In this document: piece by piece, positions 26,414 to 35,414 of the stretch | How the letters are laid out: every line of letters starts with the position of its first letter | How positions within the stretch are numbered: the stretch's first letter is position 1 | Virus record (IMG/VR): IMGVR_UViG_3300046665_000306 | Location: 62,001-120,498 of that record | DNA: 58,498 bases | Source of the DNA: an uncultured virus (IMG/VR IMGVR_UViG_3300046665_000306) | Lineage: Duplodnaviria > Heunggongvirae > Uroviricota > Caudoviricetes | Strand: one strand, 5' to 3' | Position numbers and translations under genes: made by a program | Notes under the pieces: model-generated | Seen by the model: the letters and a program-made list of their open reading frames with translations, nothing else | What the model was told of the DNA's origin: nothing | Databases searched by the model: none

Positions 26414-26635
26414 GTGAAACCTGCATATTATTTAATTGAAAATTGCCGGTGTGAAGCCTATGTCCAAGAAATCGCGGTCTGCGTGTTCTGGCGTAGGTGG
26501 TATTGGAAGGCAAAGTTTTATTACGAGGGCGAATGCACCCCGTATGACATTTTCGACGGCACAGAATTGACGGAACAAGAGGCGGTAGAATCCTGCCTCA
26601 GTAAATATGGGGAGTTGTTTCCAAGCGATGACTAA
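26414..26635 (+). CDS. hypothetical protein
   Basis: Tiled ORF. Confidence 0.5.
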   Translation: MKPAYYLIENCRCEAYVQEIAVCVFWRRWYWKAKFYYEGECTPYDIFDGTELTEQEAVESCLSKYGELFPSDD

Positions 26636-26817
26636 AGCAGTTGTAGTATATCAAGCCGGTGACGAGGCCCATAGCATTCAAGTCGCACTGAGCCGACGTG
26701 ACGGCAAAACGTTCGTGAGAGAATTCAAGCGGCATACCAGATTTGGCAAGAAGTGGGACACGTGGCGCGAGACTTCTTTTCCTGAAGTCATTGCGCTAGG
26801 CTTCGAAGAATTTAAGC

Positions 26818-27123
26818 GTGTCGATAAAGGAGTTAAGGTTGTCTTACCAATTACCGTTGCTGTTATTTAGTGCTGGACTAAATTTAATTTTTATATTTGG
26901 TTTCTTTGCTTGGCGCATGGGCCAAACTCCTTTGAACAGGGCGAGACATAAAGTTCGCGGCACGGATTATGAAATTTTAGGCTTTGCCACGGTACAAACC
27001 GCTGATGCACTTAAAGACGATGACAGAGTTTTTGTTTATCGAGATATTGACAATGACGAAATGTATGTTAGAAAAGATAGTGAATTTGCGGACGGAAGGT
27101 TTGAATTAATCGATGCCAAGTAA
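26818..27123 (+). CDS. DUF1653-like SH3-fold protein
   Basis: RHK..G.DYEILG.A...VYR......YVR...EF..GRF. Confidence 0.6.
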   Translation: MSIKELRLSYQLPLLLFSAGLNLIFIFGFFAWRMGQTPLNRARHKVRGTDYEILGFATVQTADALKDDDRVFVYRDIDNDEMYVRKDSEFADGRFELIDAK

Positions 27124-27607
27124 TTTAAAAACTATGATCCTTGTCAAAGCCGCTCTATCTGGTCAATACGACCAGCAGAAAGTATCTAAGTACGATCACT
27201 GTGTCAGAGTATCTAATAATGCATTAATGCTGGTGAAGCGTTACGACATTGCGGACGAAAAACTGGCAAGTGATATTTATCAAGTCGCACTGCTCCACGA
27301 CGTACTTGAAGATAGCGATATTACGGCTTATGATCTCCATCTCTATGGATATAGCAATGCCATTATCGACGCGGTAGAGCTTTTGACTCACTATAACGAA
27401 GATGGAAGTTATTCAGACTATATCGATACGCTCTGCGCCAGCGGTAATATCACTGCTCTGATCGGCAAGCTGGCCGACAATATGGATAACACATCAATTG
27501 GACGCAACGCAGGCCTAGATGACAGGTTCAAAAATTATTTAAACCGACGTTATGCCGGTGTGAGAGAAAAGCTGGAAGCAGCGATTGAGAAGGCTTTAAA
27601 TGTCTAA
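27113..27607 (+). CDS. HD-domain hydrolase, RelA/SpoT-hydrolase (Mesh1/SAH)-like
   Basis: HCVRV, ALLHDVLEDS, V.LLTH, KLADNMDN motifs. Confidence 0.8.
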   Translation: MPSNLKTMILVKAALSGQYDQQKVSKYDHCVRVSNNALMLVKRYDIADEKLASDIYQVALLHDVLEDSDITAYDLHLYGYSNAIIDAVELLTHYNEDGSYSDYIDTLCASGNITALIGKLADNMDNTSIGRNAGLDDRFKNYLNRRYAGVREKLEAAIEKALNV

Positions 27608-28007
27608 TTCTAATACAGTTTTTGATAATCTAAAAATCATTTATAATAATTTTGTTGTGAAAGCCGCCGAGATTGGAGCTTATGCCAGCAGCTGGACCCC
27701 GGAATTTTCTGTAAGTTGTTTGACTGAAATTTTCGACAATAAGCATAAGTGGAAGCCTAATGAAAAGTGGTTCGATGTGGAATTCAGTCAGAAGGACTTT
27801 CAGGGCCTCACCCCGGATCAGCTTATCAGTGTAGGCTTCAGGAAGTGGGACAACGATTTCTCATTTCTAGTCCCTCTGTATCTCCTGAATTATCTAAAAA
27901 TTGATGAGACTTATAAGTGCATCTCAGGAGATGCTGTCATGGTCAAAGATTTTGATAATGATAATCGGTATGGCTGTTTGGCCTATTATTTTAATCTAGT
28001 TAATTAA
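27600..28007 (+). CDS. hypothetical protein
   Basis: GFRKWD...L.PL...D.D.RYG.LAY phage-type motif. Confidence 0.6.
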   Translation: MSNSNTVFDNLKIIYNNFVVKAAEIGAYASSWTPEFSVSCLTEIFDNKHKWKPNEKWFDVEFSQKDFQGLTPDQLISVGFRKWDNDFSFLVPLYLLNYLKIDETYKCISGDAVMVKDFDNDNRYGCLAYYFNLVN

Positions 28008-28018
28008 TAAGGAAAATT

Positions 28019-28234
28019 ATGTCTAATAATGTTAGTTCTTCTTCCGCAAGCGGCGGTATCGGATTCTTCGGCGGCTTGACGCTGTTATTCATTGCCCTGA
28101 AACTAACCGGATTCATTGCATGGTCGTGGTTTTGGGTTCTATCTCCAATTATTTTTGCCTTTGGCATTTTTCTTTTGGCTGTAGGTCTTTTCATTTGGTT
28201 AGCGCTTAAAGAAGCTGGTGTGAAAAGACGATGA
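28019..28234 (+). CDS. small membrane protein (GGIGF..LFIALKLTG.I.WSW.WV.SP family)
   Basis: Characteristic two-TM motif. Confidence 0.75.
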   Translation: MSNNVSSSSASGGIGFFGGLTLLFIALKLTGFIAWSWFWVLSPIIFAFGIFLLAVGLFIWLALKEAGVKRR

Positions 28235-28470
28235 CTCTATTTGATTATTATTTGCTTTGGGCCGGAACAGGGCTTTTGGGCTGTGTCATAGGATTCTATA
28301 TAGATTATTATCTAGGGAATGACTCTAGATTAAAGGATTTGCTAGGATTTATCACTCTTGCTCTAACTATCGGACCTTTTGTTGCCGTAATGGCTATATC
28401 GTATTTTTGCTCAGAATTTAAAATTTTTGACAAAGTCGTTATTAAGGGAAGGAATAAGAATGAGGATTGA
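28231..28470 (+). CDS. small membrane protein
   Basis: Two hydrophobic helices. Confidence 0.55.
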   Translation: MTLFDYYLLWAGTGLLGCVIGFYIDYYLGNDSRLKDLLGFITLALTIGPFVAVMAISYFCSEFKIFDKVVIKGRNKNED

Positions 28471-28801
28471 GAACAACCATAAAGAACTGCGAGCGGCGTG
28501 GGTCGCTGCGCTGCGATCCGGCGAATATAAGCAGGGAGTGAACAATCTTCGCACCCCTGACGGGGAATACTGCTGCCTCGGCGTGGCAGGCAAAATCATT
28601 GGACTAAGTGATGATTTGCTAGGAGATTGGACCGAGGATGAATATCCTTATGACACGATTCAACAGGCATTTGGTCTATCAGATTGTTTGGGAGCGTATG
28701 CAGAAGGCCAACTTTATTCACACAACGACCACGACGGCTTGACTTTCTCCCAAATCGCAGATATAATCGACGCCGAACCAGAAGGTTTGTTCATCGATTA
28801 A
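28460..28801 (+). CDS. hypothetical protein (WVAALRSGEYKQG...CCLGV...ND..G.TF.QIAD.I)
   Basis: Recognisable recurrent phage motif; paralog of 23130-23603. Confidence 0.7.
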   Translation: MRIENNHKELRAAWVAALRSGEYKQGVNNLRTPDGEYCCLGVAGKIIGLSDDLLGDWTEDEYPYDTIQQAFGLSDCLGAYAEGQLYSHNDHDGLTFSQIADIIDAEPEGLFID

Positions 28802-28826
28802 CCTTCTTCCAATTCATTGGAGGAAG

Positions 28827-29075
28827 GTGTCATACCATAAGGAGAACCATGTCATGCTTATCACAGTCCTCGTGCTCAGCGCCAATATCGTTTTCGTCCA
28901 GAACGGCGAAATCAAAGTCGGAACCGTGGTAAAGAAATCCGGTTCTGTAACTTATGTAAGAGACTGTGAAAATGAGTCTCAAATTTATCGCGTCCCGGTA
29001 CAGCGTGGCGAAGTCGTTGGGGCGTATCGCGGCACGTGTGCCGACTTCAGAGAATTGAAAAGGGAACTTAGGTGA
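28827..29075 (+). CDS. small secreted-type protein
   Basis: Hydrophobic N-terminus and two Cys; resembles 50123 and 50344. Confidence 0.5.
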   Translation: MSYHKENHVMLITVLVLSANIVFVQNGEIKVGTVVKKSGSVTYVRDCENESQIYRVPVQRGEVVGAYRGTCADFRELKRELR

Positions 29076-29459
29076 CGGTGGATTTTTGGAGCCTTTTTGG
29101 CTGGTGGTTTTTTGTTGGAATTTGTGAGTATTTAGGTCTGACCCTTTATGCTTTTGTTATGTTTGCCGTCTCTGAGCGTTATTTTGGACTAGGCGGCGCA
29201 ATTGTTGTTGGTTACACCGTTTGGTGTTCGATTTTCATTCTGCCAATTGCTTGGCTATGTTATGGGTTTTATTTAATTGGTACACAATTTTAGATTAAGG
29301 CTCCGATATTGGGTAAGCCGTTGGGCCTATCCATATTATGATTGCGAGAATTGTATCGGCATGATAGAACATGGATGTTACTGTTCGTATTACGACGCCT
29401 ACAGTCCCGGCTCAGGTGATATTCCTTGGTGGGTCAAAATTTTAAGAAAGATTTAGTTT

Positions 29460-29687
29460 ATGAAAATTGTTTTAGTAAGTGGTGATGATTGGGAAGGTCT
29501 GTATATAAACGACTGTCTTGTAACCGAAGGTCATAAAGTCACTGTGAGAGAAGTTGTTGAGGCTATTTCTGAACGCTTGGTCCGTCTCGACATTACGTAT
29601 GAATGGCAAGAAGTTGATTATGAATGGCTTCATGACCGAGGTGACTTGCCACAAGAACTTAAGAAGGTTAAATTAAATGCTCGATAA
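29460..29687 (+). CDS. hypothetical protein
   Basis: GDDWEGLYI...EGH motif. Confidence 0.6.
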   Translation: MKIVLVSGDDWEGLYINDCLVTEGHKVTVREVVEAISERLVRLDITYEWQEVDYEWLHDRGDLPQELKKVKLNAR

Positions 29688-30051
29688 TCCATTTGAATTT
29701 CTGACCCCGGCATGGCATGAGAGAGCCAATGAGATTCGTGAAGCGCGGGCCGTGGCTGATGCGGCTCGTGTCGAAAAGTTGAGGGAAGAAGGTATTTCTG
29801 GTGTCCTCGTTAACGCATTTTTCAACGATAATAAGCATGATCCAAGATATCCAAATATCGTTGGCCGCATCGATATTGATGCTAAGGGCCGATTTAATTT
29901 TTGGGACTTGGTTTATACCAGTCGTCTCAAAAAGATTTATGCTGAGAATGGCAGAACTTTTGCCAAGACACATTATTCACTTTATGAATTAATTGGTTTC
30001 GATCCAGAATCTATTCCAGAGGATTTCCGTTTTGCCTTCCAAGACCTTTGA
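29677..30051 (+). CDS. hypothetical protein
   Basis: Tiled ORF. Confidence 0.6.
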   Translation: MLDNPFEFLTPAWHERANEIREARAVADAARVEKLREEGISGVLVNAFFNDNKHDPRYPNIVGRIDIDAKGRFNFWDLVYTSRLKKIYAENGRTFAKTHYSLYELIGFDPESIPEDFRFAFQDL

Positions 30052-30316
30052 TAAAGAAGAACTTAAACTAGTTATTTGGGGAGATTCAGAATCTCTAGAA
30101 CTGATTGAAGATGATATTACTGATACGGGTCGCTGGACCGTGCATCACAAAATGATTTTCAAAGACGTTGAGACTGGAAAATTTTACTTGACAAATTATT
30201 CAGTTGGTGCTACAGAACAACAGGATGAGTATCCGTTCGAATACGAACCAGACGAAATTTCATGTGCAGAAGTTAAGCCGGTAGAAAAAATTGTAATTAA
30301 ATACGTAAAGGTTTGA
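29993..30316 (+). CDS. hypothetical protein (RW...GATE.QDE.PF motif)
   Basis: ORF; true start probably downstream. Confidence 0.55.
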   Translation: MVSIQNLFQRISVLPSKTFDKEELKLVIWGDSESLELIEDDITDTGRWTVHHKMIFKDVETGKFYLTNYSVGATEQQDEYPFEYEPDEISCAEVKPVEKIVIKYVKV

Positions 30317-30683
30317 AATGTCTAAAATTAATGAAACGCGTACCGAAAAGATGAAGAAGAAGAGCACGGAAGAGCTTAAGGCAATTATCCAAAGCGGCAG
30401 TCTCAGCAGGGCTGCGGCAGAATATGAAATGCAACGCAGAATGAAGGGTGGCGGGAAGTAAGAAGCTTCCCCTCCTTGTTACAACAACTCTTGAAAAGGA
30501 ACTAAAATGTTTGCACTTATTATCGATCTCGCATTCCTCGCCCTCGTTGGATATGCCGGTTATACCGCATATACCACTTACGTAGAGCGCGGTAATTCCA
30601 TCTCTCCTCTCGATGAATACTTTGCCGCCTTCACAAAGAAGCTGTTTCGTAAGTAATCAACTAATTGATAATGCTTAATAAAG

Positions 30684-30719
30684 GCCCTGTCAAGACATTG
30701 TCAGGGCTTTTTATTTTTT
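30684..30719 (+). terminator. intrinsic terminator upstream of the primase gene
   Basis: GCCCTG...CAGGGC stem plus long T-run. Confidence 0.65.
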
Positions 30720-30791
30720 AAAAATGGATCATTAAAGCATTGACTTTTTTGATTTTTTGTGCCATATAACAAGCATGTGAAAAAAGGCATA

Positions 30792-33700
30792 ATGATGAAG
30801 ATTACTGAAAACGAGCTTGAAAGGCTTGTTGCTGGTTTATTTGGTGACGGTCTTACTCAAGGCAATATTGAATTTTTTAATGAAGAAGACAAAGTTTTAA
30901 AGACTCGTGACATAGACGAAGTCATCGCTTTCGATCCTACCCACTTCAGCTTGGAAACAACGGCTCAGGAATTGGTAGGTTTCGCCCTACCTGAAGATGA
31001 AGTCCCGGCTCACTATCCCGCACCAAGTGCGACAGGTGGCGGTTTGAAGCTGTGGTTCTACGAAACCGCGATTGATAGTGATCTCCTGCCCCAAAACGGC
31101 GAGCCCATCGTTGAAATTCCGCTGATCCAATATACCTTCAATGAAGATAATTTTTACGAAACGTTTGACTTCGATGAAGTAAGCGAATCGTCTGAATTGT
31201 TATCGAAAATCGACCGAAAGACAAAAATTACTTTCGCCATGGCTCCAACCGCAGCTGCTAAAAAGGGTGGCTGGAAGAATGTCGAAGGCACTTTTGGCGA
31301 TGTTATTGAAATGCTTACCCTTCACCAAGAGGGTAAGAAGGATGGGGCGTGCTTTGTTCAGGGCGAACTAGCTGGTGGGGATCGTGCCGCTAAGGCCATG
31401 GTCAAAAATTATCTAATCGGCTTCGATCTGGATACGGGTGAGACGGCGGAAGAAATTGATACCCGCCTCGCTGAAACAGGTCTGGCCTATGTCAGATATA
31501 CCACTCATTCTCATATGAAGGATGAGTCTGAAGTCAAACGCGATTCCTTTTTCAGGTGGAGCGAGCGCGATCCTACAAAAAATATCGACATTAATCTCCT
31601 CAGAAAATATCTAATTTCTAAGAAGGGTTTCATCCCGCGTGTCGTGGAAAAACTTGAAATCATCGAAGACGCTAAAGTCTCCGAAGAAGGTACGCTCACG
31701 ATTGTCAAGCATCACCAGATGCCGAAGCACAGAATCATTTTCTTCCTATCCGAGCCTTTCGTGTTTCAGGGCAAAGCAAATCAAATGGAAGAGATTAAGG
31801 CGTGGAAAGAGCATTACCACGGCCTAGGGATTGATCTAGGCTTCGTCTACGACCACACTTGTATCGATCCGGCCCGTTTGTTCTTCATGCCGCGCCACGC
31901 CAAGGATGGGCCGTATGAGACACGTTTCGTAGACGGTGATTATGTCGATCTCCGCTCCTATGACCGTGTCGAGATGAAACGTAGTGATAAGGCCGAGCCA
32001 GCAAATGCGTTTCAAGACGCTGGTAAATCTCTTGGTGCCACGAGTGAGGGCTTGTTTGTCAATGGTTACAACCTGAAGCGTTGGATCATGACAAGGGATT
32101 GCGAAATTGTCGATCTGATCGAAGAATTTTATCCAGATGCGATTAAGACACCTCGCACCAATGGTCCCGGCTTTCACATCGAATGCCCGTATGAAGATGA
32201 GCATACCAAAGCTGGTGGTTTAGGCACATATGCCATCAATGCTTCAGACGGTGATCGCGGCTTTCATATCCATTGCACTCATAACAGCTGTCAGGGCAGA
32301 AATAAACTAGAATACGTTCAGCGCATGGCAGAGCTTGAATGGTTCACGATAGATGATCTTCAGGACGAGCGCTTTTGCCCCAGCCTTTTGAGAGAAGAAG
32401 TTGAGGAAAGAGAAAGTTCTGAACCGCAAGAAGAATTTAACATTGCTGAACTGATCGACTCACTTTCACAAGCGAGTAAAAAAGATGACGTGATCGACGC
32501 GGTTAGGAAGATTGGCAGGGTCGAAGATTTGGACGAAGATGACTTCGACGTTTATCTGTCTAAAATCAGCAGAAAAACTAAAGTCCCTAAGAAAATTCTG
32601 AAGAAGCACTTACCAACTAAGTTCGAAAAAACTGAGGATGAAAAAAATAAAAAACTTGACGAATTGGATAAAAGGCTTCATAAGTACAACGAACGTTATG
32701 CAATGGTTGACACTGGATCAAAAGTAGTTATTATGGATTCACATAAGAAAGACATGACGTTTACCGGTCGAGATGACTGGAAAGCACTTAAAGCGAATGA
32801 GAAAATTTTGGTACATGAAGGAACAGGCGAACCTCGCCTAGAACCGATTTCGAAGATTTGGTTGGAATGGGAGCAGAGACGCACCTATGAAGGCGTGACT
32901 TTCGATCCACGCCCTAATCCAGACCCGTCTAAGTTCAATCTTTTCAATGGGTTTCAAACCGTGTCCCGCAAAGGTAATTGGGATAAGTTAAAAAATCACA
33001 TTTTCGAAGTGATTTGCCACAACAACGAAGAGCATTATCTTTGGGTCATGACATGGCTTGCTCATATCGTGCAACGCCCTTGGGAAAAGAAGGGCTCAGC
33101 TATCGTGGTTCGCGGCCTTAAAGGCGTGGGTAAATCTCTCGTCTTCACAATCTTTCAAGATATGATGGGCAAGTACGGTATGAGTTCGGCTAATGCGTCC
33201 CACATTACGGGACAATTTAACTGGCACTTCAGAGACAAACTGTTTATGATCGCTGAAGAAGGCTTGTTCGCCGGTAATTCCAGAGAAGATTCGATCCTGA
33301 AAGAACTGATCACAGGTTCTTCCCTCCTCATGGAGCCAAAAGGTATCGATGCGTTCCAGATGGAAAACTTCCTTCGTATCGTGATCATTTCGAACGAAGA
33401 ATGGGTTGTCAACGCCTCATCCGATGAGCGCCGCTATTTCGTCACTGAAGCCTCAAATAAATATAAAGATAACATCCTGTACTTCAAGGCCATCATTGAA
33501 CAAATGGAAAATGGCGGCAAGGAAGCGATGATGTACGACTTGCTGCATTTCGAGCCTCAGACCGAAGCGGGTTGGGACATTCTGCGTCAGCCGCCTAAGA
33601 CTGACGCGCTGAGCCAGCAAGTAACACAATCCACACCGCCTTGGGAAAAGTTCTTCATCACGTTTGTTGAAAACATGGGCGTAGAAGAAGCCTCGGACGA

Positions 33701-33983
33701 TCTGGAAAAAATCGAACTTGAATTTGGTGTTGATAATTGGGTCGATCCTAAGTTCTTGAGGCAGTATTACTACAACAGCTTGAAGACCGGTAATTCTCGA
33801 TACAAGGCCGATCCAAAGACTTTCCAAAAACTTGCTGAGCATTACTTGGATGCAAAAATGGTTCGAAGAAAGAAAAGAGCCAACGAAGTTTGGATGAAAC
33901 TACCACCACTAGAGACTATCATAGATCATATCCAAAATAACCTAAAAATTAAACTTGACATGCTCAACATTACGGAAGAATAA
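30792..33983 (+). CDS. primase-polymerase (AEP-like) / Zn-binding / superfamily-3-type (DUF5906, NrS-1-like) helicase fusion
   Basis: FDLD, YTTHSH, D.ARLFF catalytic-type motifs; CPY..EH...C.H.SC; Walker A GLKGVGKS, AEE, LKELITG, SNE, DERRYFV. Confidence 0.8.
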   Translation: MMKITENELERLVAGLFGDGLTQGNIEFFNEEDKVLKTRDIDEVIAFDPTHFSLETTAQELVGFALPEDEVPAHYPAPSATGGGLKLWFYETAIDSDLLPQNGEPIVEIPLIQYTFNEDNFYETFDFDEVSESSELLSKIDRKTKITFAMAPTAAAKKGGWKNVEGTFGDVIEMLTLHQEGKKDGACFVQGELAGGDRAAKAMVKNYLIGFDLDTGETAEEIDTRLAETGLAYVRYTTHSHMKDESEVKRDSFFRWSERDPTKNIDINLLRKYLISKKGFIPRVVEKLEIIEDAKVSEEGTLTIVKHHQMPKHRIIFFLSEPFVFQGKANQMEEIKAWKEHYHGLGIDLGFVYDHTCIDPARLFFMPRHAKDGPYETRFVDGDYVDLRSYDRVEMKRSDKAEPANAFQDAGKSLGATSEGLFVNGYNLKRWIMTRDCEIVDLIEEFYPDAIKTPRTNGPGFHIECPYEDEHTKAGGLGTYAINASDGDRGFHIHCTHNSCQGRNKLEYVQRMAELEWFTIDDLQDERFCPSLLREEVEERESSEPQEEFNIAELIDSLSQASKKDDVIDAVRKIGRVEDLDEDDFDVYLSKISRKTKVPKKILKKHLPTKFEKTEDEKNKKLDELDKRLHKYNERYAMVDTGSKVVIMDSHKKDMTFTGRDDWKALKANEKILVHEGTGEPRLEPISKIWLEWEQRRTYEGVTFDPRPNPDPSKFNLFNGFQTVSRKGNWDKLKNHIFEVICHNNEEHYLWVMTWLAHIVQRPWEKKGSAIVVRGLKGVGKSLVFTIFQDMMGKYGMSSANASHITGQFNWHFRDKLFMIAEEGLFAGNSREDSILKELITGSSLLMEPKGIDAFQMENFLRIVIISNEEWVVNASSDERRYFVTEASNKYKDNILYFKAIIEQMENGGKEAMMYDLLHFEPQTEAGWDILRQPPKTDALSQQVTQSTPPWEKFFITFVENMGVEEASDDLEKIELEFGVDNWVDPKFLRQYYYNSLKTGNSRYKADPKTFQKLAEHYLDAKMVRRKKRANEVWMKLPPLETIIDHIQNNLKIKLDMLNITEE

Positions 33984-33984
33984 A

Positions 33985-34239
33985 ATGCAGCGAAATATGT
34001 TTGGACTAAAAATTATTGAAAATATGGACGACATGGTAGAAGCCATGGAAGATTACGAAATTGATGAATTTTATGTAACTCTTGAAAAGGACAGAGAATC
34101 CAGTGGTTGGAAAGCCTTCTTTTTTCTAACAGTTGATGGCGAATCGTTAGCAGAAACTGATTCATGGTTCACTAGTAAAGCTGAACTGATTGAAGATATC
34201 GTGTCTGTTTTTGGCGAAGATGTAGATATTTTGAATTGA
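33985..34239 (+). CDS. acidic hypothetical protein
   Basis: Follows the primase stop. Confidence 0.5.
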   Translation: MQRNMFGLKIIENMDDMVEAMEDYEIDEFYVTLEKDRESSGWKAFFFLTVDGESLAETDSWFTSKAELIEDIVSVFGEDVDILN

Positions 34240-34251
34240 ATTATTGAGAAT

Positions 34252-34291
34252 GAAGATTCCGCTTGACAAAAGCGGAATCTTCTGTTATAAG
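34252..34291 (+). promoter_or_regulatory. extended -10 promoter of the nadM-nadV operon; -35 sits in the loop of a 13-bp inverted repeat
   Basis: TTGACA(34263)-17 nt-TATAAG with TG at -15/-14; GAAGATTCCGCTT/AAGCGGAATCTTC. Confidence 0.65.
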
Positions 34292-34328
34292 TCGAATGTT
34301 AAATGAAATGGCAAGAGAAGGAGTTTCT

Positions 34329-35399
34329 ATGCCGGGTATTAAATACGACTACGGCGTCTTCATTGGACGCTATGCACCAATGCACGACGGTCATTTTAAA
34401 GTAATGACCGAAGCACTTGAGCAATGCGATTATTTGATCGTAGTTTGCGGTTCCGATAATATGGCGCGGAACACCAGAACCCCCTTCACAGCATTAGAGC
34501 GTCAACACATGATTCGTCTAGCCACGAATCATAATGAACGGATTCTGCTTACAAGTGTTGGCGATTATCCTTACAATGATAATCTCTGGCTCGCAGAGGT
34601 TCAGCGCGCCGTAAATGAAGCCATCGTGTTGAACGAAAAGCAGCACACAGTTAGTTACACGAATAAAGGCTTTAAAGATTATAACTACAAAATAGCTTTG
34701 GCCGGAATGCACAAAGATGCCAGTAGTTTTTATCTGAAGAAGTTCCCTCAATACGAATCTATTGCAGTGACGCCTGACATGATCGGGAGTGTTGTACTGA
34801 GTGCTACCGAAATCAGGACAAAACTTTTCACCGGAGCGTTTGATACGGTGAAGCACTTGCATCCAGAGGTACAATCCCTAATTCTTGGTGACATGAATGC
34901 GCGCCCTGATATTTGGGACAGGCTTCGATCCGATTGGGAATATGAACTAGGCTACGAAGCGAAATGGGGCAAAGGTCCACACACCACGGTAGACAATGCT
35001 GTGATCCAAGCCGGTCATATCCTTCTCATCCAGAGAGGGAATGAGTATGGCGAAGGTCTATATGCTCTTCCGGGTGGTTTTGTAAATCGTGAACGATTGC
35101 TTCACGCAGCTGTTCGAGAACTTCGCGAAGAGACTAAACTAAAAGTACCTGAGAAGGTTCTTTTTGGCTCATTAAAGGCTGTTAAGGTCTATGATGATCC
35201 ATTTAGGAGCAATCGCAGTCACATCATCACTCACTGCCACAAATATGTGCTTGAAGATGTGAGCGCTGGCCTTCCCAAAGTCAAGGGTAGTGATGACGCC
35301 AAATGGGCAGGTTGGGTGCCTATTTCTGAACTAAAACAAATGCGTGGTCAGTTCTTTGAGGACCATGAGAGTCTTATCCAGTCAATTTTAACAGCATAA
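34329..35399 (+). CDS. nadM: bifunctional NMN adenylyltransferase / Nudix ADP-ribose pyrophosphatase (NadM-Nudix)
   Basis: FIGRYAPMHDGH, SATEIR; Nudix box PGGF...AAVRELREET, GSDDA, FEDH; AAGGAG SD before ATG 34329. Confidence 0.92.
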   Translation: MPGIKYDYGVFIGRYAPMHDGHFKVMTEALEQCDYLIVVCGSDNMARNTRTPFTALERQHMIRLATNHNERILLTSVGDYPYNDNLWLAEVQRAVNEAIVLNEKQHTVSYTNKGFKDYNYKIALAGMHKDASSFYLKKFPQYESIAVTPDMIGSVVLSATEIRTKLFTGAFDTVKHLHPEVQSLILGDMNARPDIWDRLRSDWEYELGYEAKWGKGPHTTVDNAVIQAGHILLIQRGNEYGEGLYALPGGFVNRERLLHAAVRELREETKLKVPEKVLFGSLKAVKVYDDPFRSNRSHIITHCHKYVLEDVSAGLPKVKGSDDAKWAGWVPISELKQMRGQFFEDHESLIQSILTA

Positions 35400-35414
35400 A
35401 TGAAGGAGCTTCAT

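Noticed and set aside
34263..34328. N-terminal extension of NadM from the TTG at 34263
   Set aside because: That TTG is the -35 box of the promoter; an AAGGAG SD precedes ATG 34329.
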